Positions 25,470 through 34,441 of a DNA stretch of 34,441 bases are shown here, piece after piece. Source of the DNA: an uncultured bacterium (lineage in GTDB: Bacteria; Patescibacteriota; Saccharimonadia; UBA4664; SCTI01); NCBI GenBank assembly GCA_965364395.1, contig CBDTXE010000003.1, forward strand, positions 1 through 34,441, in the 5' to 3' direction. Position 1 is the stretch's first letter; every line of letters begins with the position of its first letter. The position numbers and the translations under genes were made by a program. The notes beneath the pieces are model-generated. The model was not told where the DNA came from. It worked only from the letters and a program-made list of their open reading frames with translations, and made no database searches.

Positions 25470-26189
25470 ATGCGGCAACATCTTCTTTGCACGGTACTTG
25501 CCGCCGTCATTGGGTTGTTGGGCTGCGCAGCCAATGCGCATGCCTTTCCCGCCGATGCCCCCAACCATCGCCTGTTGCAGGAGCCGCCCGACCCGCATGT
25601 GCGGGATGAACAAGGCGACTTTGACGGCAAGCTGTCGTATCCGCAGATTCGGCAAGTGGGCCGCAAGACGCTCTACGTGTGGGGCAAGCAGCAGGAAGGT
25701 ACGCTGACCGTCTACGGGCCGTCGTTCCTGCGCTCGGTCCATGCGCGCCTCATGGGGGCGTTCCCCGGGAACATCTTCATCATCAAGTACGAGGCATCGG
25801 ACGTGACCGGTTCGCCGGGATATCGCATTGGTGCGCCCGGCCACCCCGACAGGTACCGGGTGGACAAGACCCGCGGATACGTGGACGGGTTCGTGGTCTG
25901 GAAGATCGAATCGATCATCGACCGTGTGGCACATCCAGGCCTGTTCCACTACCTGACGTGCGAAACCACGGTGGACGTATGGACGCAGCGGGAGGGGACA
26001 CCCGAGGAATCAATGTGGCACATCATCTACGACAAGGTTCGCCCCATCCGGGCACCAGTCTTCCGTAAGCCTCGTTGCCGACTGGAGCGCTCCGACCACA
26101 TCAAGGCGGTGACGCGCCGCCGGGTGAACCGCGGCGCAACATTGTCGGCGCTGAAGGCGTACGCCGAAGCCATTTCCAAGCACCCCTGA
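25470..26189 (+). CDS. Hypothetical secreted protein
   Basis: Signal peptide MRQHLLCTVLAAVIGLLGCAANAHA. GC3-rich codons. Followed by a hairpin. Confidence 0.75.
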   Translation: MRQHLLCTVLAAVIGLLGCAANAHAFPADAPNHRLLQEPPDPHVRDEQGDFDGKLSYPQIRQVGRKTLYVWGKQQEGTLTVYGPSFLRSVHARLMGAFPGNIFIIKYEASDVTGSPGYRIGAPGHPDRYRVDKTRGYVDGFVVWKIESIIDRVAHPGLFHYLTCETTVDVWTQREGTPEESMWHIIYDKVRPIRAPVFRKPRCRLERSDHIKAVTRRRVNRGATLSALKAYAEAISKHP

Positions 26190-26195
26190 GAGGGC

Positions 26196-26221
26196 GGCGG
26201 CCCAGGATTTTCTGGGCCGCC
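26196..26221. terminator. GC hairpin (GGCGGCCCAG...CTGGGCCGCC)
   Basis: 10-bp stem after the stop; nearly identical to the stem at 26807-26835. Confidence 0.65.
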
Positions 26222-26326
26222 AAGCGGTCTTTATTTAGCAGATTGTTTCATTGTCATGGCGGTGATATAACCGCACAAGCGGGCACGGCCCGTTTCATAC
26301 AAGTACCCGACTCCCAAGGAGGAGCC

Positions 26327-26782
26327 GTGTTTAAGGTCCTAGCGGCAGCTAGTCTCTGGGCTGCGTTAGCGGTGCCCAGTCCAGTGGCCGCCCAGCAGCC
26401 GCCGTCGCCTACCGGTCGCGCGCCGGAGATTGGCGCGTTGGCTGCCGGCAAACTCAAGCTCCGGGCGGAGGAAAAGCGCGCCCAGTCCGCGGCCAAGCGG
26501 TTTTGCAGGACCGTCAAGCCTCCATTTAGGCATTGCGATATGCGCCGGGCAGAAGCCCAGGAGCGGACCCGGCTTGGTTCCGAGAGCTATCGCTGGTCGC
26601 TGGTCATCACCGGCACTTGGCTGTGCGAGTCACAATGCTTGCGGAAGCTGCCCTTCTGGAAGACGGACTGGTTTGGCTTTGCGGATTTCCGGGTCTGGAT
26701 TAACAGCAAGGGCAAACGGAGATCCAAAACGAGCAATCGGAAGTGCTACCCGCCGGGAGTGTTTCCGCCGCAGACCTGCTGA
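26327..26782 (+). CDS. Hypothetical secreted, basic, Cys-rich protein (151 aa)
   Basis: AGGAGGAG SD before GTG 26327. Signal peptide MFKVLAAASLWAALAVPSPVAA. Six Cys in the mature part. Confidence 0.7.
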   Translation: MFKVLAAASLWAALAVPSPVAAQQPPSPTGRAPEIGALAAGKLKLRAEEKRAQSAAKRFCRTVKPPFRHCDMRRAEAQERTRLGSESYRWSLVITGTWLCESQCLRKLPFWKTDWFGFADFRVWINSKGKRRSKTSNRKCYPPGVFPPQTC

Positions 26783-26806
26783 GGCCGCGGACAGAGAGTG
26801 TGATTT

Positions 26807-26835
26807 GGCGGCCCGGAAACCATCCCCGGGCCGCC
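26807..26835. terminator. GC hairpin (GGCGGCCCGG...CCGGGCCGCC)
   Basis: 10-bp stem after the stop codon. Confidence 0.65.
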
Positions 26836-26895
26836 GCACCTACCAGCAGTTGCCAAAAAATGCTATTATGTAAGCCAAAATAAAGGATTTACCAC

Positions 26896-27450
26896 ATGGA
26901 GCTTTGGATTATTCTGGGGATCGTCGCCGTCGTTGCGCTTTTCCTTATTTTTGTTTACAACAGCCTGGTTACGGCCAAGCAGCGCGTGGAAGAAGCGTGG
27001 AGCGATATCAATATCCAGTTGAAGCGCCGATATGACCTGATTCCTAACCTCGTCAGTACCGTCCAAGGTTACGCCAGCCACGAGTCAAAGGTGTTTGACG
27101 AGGTGACGGCCGCCCGCACCGCCGCCATGGGAGCCAGTGGTATCCACGACAAGGCTGCGGCGGAAAACCAGCTGGCCGGAACCTTGAAGAGCCTGTTTGC
27201 AGTGTCAGAGGCGTACCCGGACCTGAAAGCCAATGAAAACTTCAAGCACTTGCAGGAAGAACTAGTTGATACGGAAGATAAGATCCAGGCGGCCCGCCGG
27301 TTCTACAATGGCAACGTCCGCGATTTCAACACCAAGTTGGGCGTTTTCCCAACCAACCTGGTGGCCGGACTGATGGGTTTTAAGGAACGGGAATTCTTTG
27401 AAGTGGAAAATCAGGCCGCGATTAACGAGCCGGTAGCCGTCAAGTTTTAA
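26896..27450 (+). CDS. lemA: LemA family protein
   Basis: N-terminal TM, YNSLV, QLKRRYDLIPNLV, EAYPDLKANENF, ARRFYN, FPTNLVA. Confidence 0.96.
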   Translation: MELWIILGIVAVVALFLIFVYNSLVTAKQRVEEAWSDINIQLKRRYDLIPNLVSTVQGYASHESKVFDEVTAARTAAMGASGIHDKAAAENQLAGTLKSLFAVSEAYPDLKANENFKHLQEELVDTEDKIQAARRFYNGNVRDFNTKLGVFPTNLVAGLMGFKEREFFEVENQAAINEPVAVKF

Positions 27451-27464
27451 ACGAGGTACGCGGG

Positions 27465-27950
27465 GTGGAAGAAGTACAGCGAGCGTACGCATGGCAGCAA
27501 GCCATCAAGCTCTCAATGGAGTTGGTGAGGATTTGCGAGGAGTTTATCCATGCAGAAAACAACGTTCTGGTTGGGCATCTCCGCCAGTCGGTGATTGACG
27601 TGCCCGCGACCATTGCGGTAGATCTGAAGTACGGGCGGATGGCCACAATGGAGCCGGTAATCCGATTGGCAACGCAACTGGAACTGGTCCATCGTATCTA
27701 CCCGGCAATTGATACCGGGGACGCACCGGAGCAGCTTGAGCAACTGATTGCACGCATGAGTTCCGACGGCTTCAGTGAGAGCGAGCCAGTGGAAGAGGAC
27801 TTTGAAGACGAGGAAGACGATGACATGCCCGGCCACGATGGACGGGTATATCCGGCTGGCGGCACAGTGGTGTCCAGGCATATGGACCAAATGTCGCGGC
27901 CGGCCCGGGTTATCAGCGTCTCCCCGCACGACCATAACCAGGACCAGTAA
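27465..27950 (+). CDS. Four-helix-bundle (23S rRNA IVP-like) protein with acidic tail
   Basis: AWQQAIKLSMELVRICEEF, HLRQSVIDVPATIA, LATQLELV. TAATG overlap with htpX. Confidence 0.7.
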   Translation: MEEVQRAYAWQQAIKLSMELVRICEEFIHAENNVLVGHLRQSVIDVPATIAVDLKYGRMATMEPVIRLATQLELVHRIYPAIDTGDAPEQLEQLIARMSSDGFSESEPVEEDFEDEEDDDMPGHDGRVYPAGGTVVSRHMDQMSRPARVISVSPHDHNQDQ

Positions 27951-28824
27951 TGTACACCGCGATTTCAAGCAACAAGATTAAAACCATCTTATTGTTAGCC
28001 GTATTTGTGGCCTTTGTGTCGTTGATGGGCTACGTGTTTGGGTGGGTGAGTAACCGGCCAGGCATATTTTTCTTTGTCGGAATCGGTTCGCTGCTCTATG
28101 CCCTGGTGACCTACTTCCTGTCGGCCAAAATCGCGCTGGGAATGTCCGGCGCTAAGCGCGTTGACCGCCACCAGGCACCGGAGCTGTACCGGCTGGTGGA
28201 AAATCTCAGCATCGCCGCCGGGCTGCCGATGCCGGCCGTATACGTTATTGCCGACCCGTCGCCCAACGCCTTTGCCACCGGGCGCAACCCCAAGAACGCC
28301 GCCGTGGCGGTGACTACCGGGCTGCTGGAGCGGCTGGAAAAGGATGAGCTGGAAGGCGTTCTGGCGCATGAGTTGGGGCACGTTGGCAATTACGACATCC
28401 GGCTGATGAGCGTGGTTACGGCGCTGGTTAGCATTGTGTCTTTCTTGAGCGATTTCTTTTTCCACTTCAGCTTCTTTGGCGGCGACGACGACAACCCTAA
28501 TCCGCTGGGGATGGTTATCGGCATAGTCATGGCACTGGTGGCGCCCTTGATCGCGGTGGTGATCCAGCTGGCTGTGTCTCGCCGGCGGGAATATTTGGCG
28601 GATGCCACGGCAGCCATGATTACGCGGTATCCGGAGGGGCTGGCGCGTGCCCTGGAAAAAATCTCTGAGGCGCCGCCAATGCACCGCGCTTCCTCAGCGA
28701 CTGCGCACCTCTATATCGCCAACCCGTTTGGTGGCGCCGGCGGCCTGATGATGCGCCTGTTTAGCACGCACCCGCCAATTGCGGACCGCGTTCAGCGCTT
28801 GCGCCAAATGGGAGGTTCCGTCTG

Positions 28825-28825
<1 letters not shown>
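27950..28825 (+). CDS. htpX: Zinc metalloprotease HtpX (M48)
   Basis: SPNAFATG, HELGH, SRRREYLAD, LARALEKI, FSTHPP. Confidence 0.96.
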
Positions 28826-31633
<2,808 letters not shown>

Positions 31634-31641
31634 AAGGGTTT

Positions 31642-31670
31642 GGGAGCCTTCACGCTAAGTGAAGGCTCCC
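31642..31670. terminator. Hairpin between convergent ligA and the small gene
   Basis: GGGAGCCTTCAC-GCTAA-GTGAAGGCTCCC, a perfect 12-bp stem. Confidence 0.75.
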
Positions 31671-31680
31671 GGGGGAGTAG

Positions 31681-31911
31681 TTAGGCGGCGAGGCCGTAGG
31701 CGGCTTCCCCCTGGCGGACGGCGTGGCCACTGGCCACCAGCGCCTCGCAGACGCGGGTCAGTTCCTGTTCGGTGTAGTACGCCAGGGCCGGCGTTTGCCG
31801 GAGGGAACCTACGCGCGTGGCACCGCCGGCGCGGCTGATGGCGGCGGCGACGGCCGGTCCGATGGCCCGGATGGCCAAGTCGGACAAAGGCAGTTGGGGG
31901 TAGGACTGCAT
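31681..31911 (-). CDS. Small hypothetical protein (76 aa), possibly winged-helix
   Basis: AGGAG SD. The C-terminus ELTRVCEALVASGHAVRQGEAAYGL resembles a wHTH helix and wing. Confidence 0.65.
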   Translation of the reverse strand: MQSYPQLPLSDLAIRAIGPAVAAAISRAGGATRVGSLRQTPALAYYTEQELTRVCEALVASGHAVRQGEAAYGLAA

Positions 31912-31937
31912 GGTGGCTCCTTGGTCTGGCGGGGCAT

Positions 31938-32032
31938 AAAAAAAGACCGCCGGTTGGCGGTTACTGGCTATGCGGCTTTGGCTTTATTGGACGCATCACA
32001 GAAAGCATAAGCGTTACGGATAGAAACGTCAA
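31938..32032 (-). promoter_or_regulatory. Putative attenuator: promoter, leaderless uORF MRPIKPKPHSQ (31996..31961) and intrinsic terminator
   Basis: TTGACG-17-TATGCT-7 nt-ATG. The stop codon overlaps the stem ACCGCC-AACC-GGCGGT, which is followed by C and T7. Confidence 0.6.
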
Positions 32033-32078
32033 TGACATTTGACCGCCAGCGCAAAAATCATTAACATGTTAACAATCT

Positions 32079-33008
32079 ATGGCCATAATTGAAGTTAACA
32101 ACCTGGTTAAGCACTACAAGAAAAGCGATACCAATGCCGTCGACAACATCTCCTTTAAGGTTAAGAAAGGAGAGTTATTTGCGTTTCTTGGGCCAAATGG
32201 CGCCGGTAAGACCACTACCATATCGATCCTGACAACTACGCTTAACAAGACCTCCGGTACCGTGAGGGTGGCTGGACACGACCTTGATAACGACGAAAAA
32301 GAGGTCCGGCGCAATATTGGAATCATTTTCCAGAATCCCAGTCTGGATAAGAACCTTAGCGGCGAGGAGAACATCCGCTTCCACGCCAGCCTGTACGGCG
32401 TATACCCTTTCCGCCCGTCTTACCGCATGATGCCCCAAAGCTACAAAGACAAGGTAGGTGCCTTGGCCGATGTCATGGACCTAGGTGAGGCCATCTATAA
32501 GCCGGTGCGCGACTACTCCGGCGGCATGAAGCGCAAGCTGGAGATCGTCCGCAGCCTGATCCATGAGCCCGACGTACTGTTTTTGGATGAGCCGACCACC
32601 GGGCTTGACCCGCTCAGTCGCCGCAACCTGTGGGACTACCTCAACAAAGTCCGCCAGGACCAAGGCACAACGGTGTTCCTGACCACCCATTACTTGGACG
32701 AGGCCGAGAACGCCGACCGGGTATGCATTATCAACGGCGGTAAGATTGTGAAGCTGGGCACGCCAGATGCCATCAAGCAAGAGTTGCTGCATGAGTACCT
32801 GGTTCTGGACGCCAAGGACCGGACAGCCCTACGACGGGAGCTGGACTCCGCCAAACTGGAATACGAAGGCGAAGGGCCGATGCGCATCCTGGTAAACGGC
32901 CACAACATCCAAAACATAATCAAAGGCATCAAGACTCCCTTAACGGCGGTGCGGACGCATGCCCCAACACTTGAAGAGGCCTATCTCAGTATCGTGGAGG
33001 GCGACTAA
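32079..33008 (+). CDS. ABC transporter ATP-binding protein (DrrA-like exporter)
   Basis: GPNGAGKTT, YSGGMKRK, LFLDEPTTGLD, TTHYLDEAE. Confidence 0.95.
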   Translation: MAIIEVNNLVKHYKKSDTNAVDNISFKVKKGELFAFLGPNGAGKTTTISILTTTLNKTSGTVRVAGHDLDNDEKEVRRNIGIIFQNPSLDKNLSGEENIRFHASLYGVYPFRPSYRMMPQSYKDKVGALADVMDLGEAIYKPVRDYSGGMKRKLEIVRSLIHEPDVLFLDEPTTGLDPLSRRNLWDYLNKVRQDQGTTVFLTTHYLDEAENADRVCIINGGKIVKLGTPDAIKQELLHEYLVLDAKDRTALRRELDSAKLEYEGEGPMRILVNGHNIQNIIKGIKTPLTAVRTHAPTLEEAYLSIVEGD

Positions 33009-33784
33009 TGTTAGCCAGTGCAATTCTGACTATCGCCTACCGCGACTTCATGAAGTTTGTCCGCGACCGGACGCGCGTGATGGGTAGCCTAATATTCCCG
33101 GCGGTCTTCATTGGGGTGCTGGGTGGGAGCTTGCAGGCGGGTTTGTCCGGATCGATCGGCTACAGCTTCATTACGTTTATTTTCCTGGGAATGCTGGCGC
33201 AGAACATGTTTTCGACGGCCGCCCAAGGGCTGGTGTCACTGGCCACCGAGCGCGATGAAAACTTCACCCAGGAGCTGTTTGTGGCACCGATCCCCAGGTG
33301 GTCGATTGTCCTGGGTAAGATTATTGGTGAGTCGTTTGCGGCTTTCATCCAGCTGTTTGGCATTACCCTGCTGGCGTGGCTGCTGGGAGCCGAGATTTTC
33401 CCAGACAAGCTGCTGCTCCTTGTGCCTGCGGCTTTGCTGGTGGGCCTCCTGGGTGGTGCCTTTGGCGTGCTAGTCATGGCCAATATCCGGACGCAGCAAG
33501 CGGCTTCCCAGCTTTTTACCTTTGTGCTTTTCCCGCAGTTCTTTATCGGCGGTGTGTTTACGCCCCTCAAGAGTCTCCCGCCGGTGTTGGATGCGCTATC
33601 GCACCTGGCGCCGATGCGCTACGGCGTGGACCTGATGCGCGGAATCTACTACGCGGGTACGCCTTCGTACGAGCCGGCGGTGGCCTACAGTCCGCTGGTC
33701 AACGTGGCGGTTATCGTATTTATGTTTACTGTCATGCTGGGGCTTGGCAGCTACCTGTTTGCCCGCAATGAGCGCAATCGGTAG
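33008..33784 (+). CDS. ABC-2 type transporter permease (DrrB-like)
   Basis: Six TM segments, ERDENFTQELFVAPIPRWSIVLGK, PMRYGVDLMR. Confidence 0.93.
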   Translation: MLASAILTIAYRDFMKFVRDRTRVMGSLIFPAVFIGVLGGSLQAGLSGSIGYSFITFIFLGMLAQNMFSTAAQGLVSLATERDENFTQELFVAPIPRWSIVLGKIIGESFAAFIQLFGITLLAWLLGAEIFPDKLLLLVPAALLVGLLGGAFGVLVMANIRTQQAASQLFTFVLFPQFFIGGVFTPLKSLPPVLDALSHLAPMRYGVDLMRGIYYAGTPSYEPAVAYSPLVNVAVIVFMFTVMLGLGSYLFARNERNR

Positions 33785-33827
33785 GCTTCTTTTGCCAAAT
33801 CCAAGCCATTATCGCTAAAATGTACGC

Positions 33828-34124
33828 ATGTCTGAGATAACTCCGCAGGAAGTCAGGCGCATCGCGCTACTGGCAAATATCGGTTTGACTGATGAGCAGG
33901 TCTCGCGGTTTGCTGGTGAGCTGGACCAAATTGTCGGCTTTGTGCAGCAGCTGCAGGAAGTAAACGTTGAAGGCGTACCTATCACCGACCAAGTTACCGG
34001 GCTGGTGGACGTCTGGCGCGACGACGTAGTGAAGCCCGGGCTGTCCCATGCGGACCTGGAGCTTAACGCGCCGGGCTGGCACGAGGGCCACTTTAAGGTG
34101 AAGCGGGTTCTGGGCGATGGTTGA
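33828..34124 (+). CDS. gatC: Asp/Glu-tRNA amidotransferase subunit C
   Basis: EVRRIALLANIGL, LQEVNVEGV, WRDDVV, NAP..HEGHFKVKRVL. Confidence 0.93.
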   Translation: MSEITPQEVRRIALLANIGLTDEQVSRFAGELDQIVGFVQQLQEVNVEGVPITDQVTGLVDVWRDDVVKPGLSHADLELNAPGWHEGHFKVKRVLGDG

Positions 34125-34320
34125 TCTGCGCCGCCCAATTGAAGAACTGGCGGCCGAGGTCCGTGGTGGCAATATAACTGCGCGGGAACTGGCCCAGGCC
34201 AGCTTGGATGCGATCGGCCGGCACCAAGATTACCACGCTATCTTGGAAACCAATGCAGCGGCGTTGAAACGCGCTGATGAAGTTGACGCCCAGGTGAAGC
34301 GCGGCGAGGGAGGTGGCAGG
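34117..34320 (+). CDS. gatA: 5' fragment of amidotransferase subunit A; similarity is lost at about 34320 (probable chimeric junction)
   Basis: Follows gatC. ITARELAQASLDAI...ALKRADEVD matches the GatA N-terminus, but the expected LxGvPxxxKD motif is absent in all three frames. Confidence 0.75.
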
Positions 34321-34366
34321 TGGGCGTGGTGCGTGGGGTGCCGTACGACCACATAGCCTGCGGACC

Positions 34367-34441
34367 GTGCTCATCCTGCTCCCACCTTCCGAGGGCAAGC
34401 ACTCCCCCAAGCGTGGCAAGCCGCTGGACCTGGACGCCCTG
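34367..34441 (+). CDS. yaaA: N-terminus of an actinobacterial-type YaaA (DUF328) protein, running off the window
   Basis: GTG-started MLILLPPSEGKHSPKRGKPLDLDAL with very GC3-rich codons. TAGCCT box 7 nt upstream. Confidence 0.7.
   Translation, partial: MLILLPPSEGKHSPKRGKPLDLDAL

Noticed and set aside
12349-26277. Shared 11-mer ATGGCGGTGAT (12349-12359 and 26256-26266) upstream of two orphan genes, each followed by CGCACA
   Set aside because: Only two copies, and a match this short is expected by chance in a window of this size. No shared structure is evident.
26075-26326. N-terminal extension of the ORF-track call 26075..26782
   Set aside because: It overlaps the previous gene and its terminator. 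The strong SD and signal peptide place the start at GTG 26327.
34329-34441. GTGCG near the gatA break as a group II intron 5' end, or a frameshifted GatA continuation (VRGVPY)
   Set aside because: No GatA KD motif follows in any frame and no intron structure is evident. The downstream sequence reads cleanly as a promoter plus a yaaA start.

Overview
This looks like a chromosomal segment of a small-genome bacterium using the standard genetic code. Gene content and order (holin-family/secG/orphan peptide-binding protein, lemA/htpX/ligA, gatC/gatA, a dockerin protein) suggest Patescibacteria/CPR, probably Saccharibacteria; that assignment is an inference. Core genes are uvrC (3' part), secG, zwf, rsgA, mscL, lemA, htpX, ligA, gatC, the start of gatA and an ABC-2 exporter, plus 7 CCA-encoding tRNAs (Leu-CAG, Leu-GAG, Gly-GCC, Phe-GAA, Val-TAC, Cys-GCA, Leu-TAA). 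Orphan genes with their own Shine-Dalgarno sites and terminators are interspersed among them. The most notable items are: (1) a diverged glucokinase-fold gene preceded by a paralog encoding only its large domain, converging on a P-loop/CYTH fusion; (2) a coupled operon of soluble PAS-PAS kinase, internally duplicated 8-TM protein, 77-aa protein and two stand-alone receivers; (3) a -10 box 6-7 nt before many start codons, implying widespread leaderless mRNAs; (4) a leaderless uORF (MRPIKPKPHSQ) plus terminator forming a likely attenuator; (5) tRNA-Gly with a compensatory A19-U56 pair and A73; (6) gatA switching abruptly into an actinobacterial-type yaaA start at the window end, probably a chimeric assembly. 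No CRISPR array, integrase, transposase or rRNA was seen. All calls come from motif recognition by eye; no searches were run.
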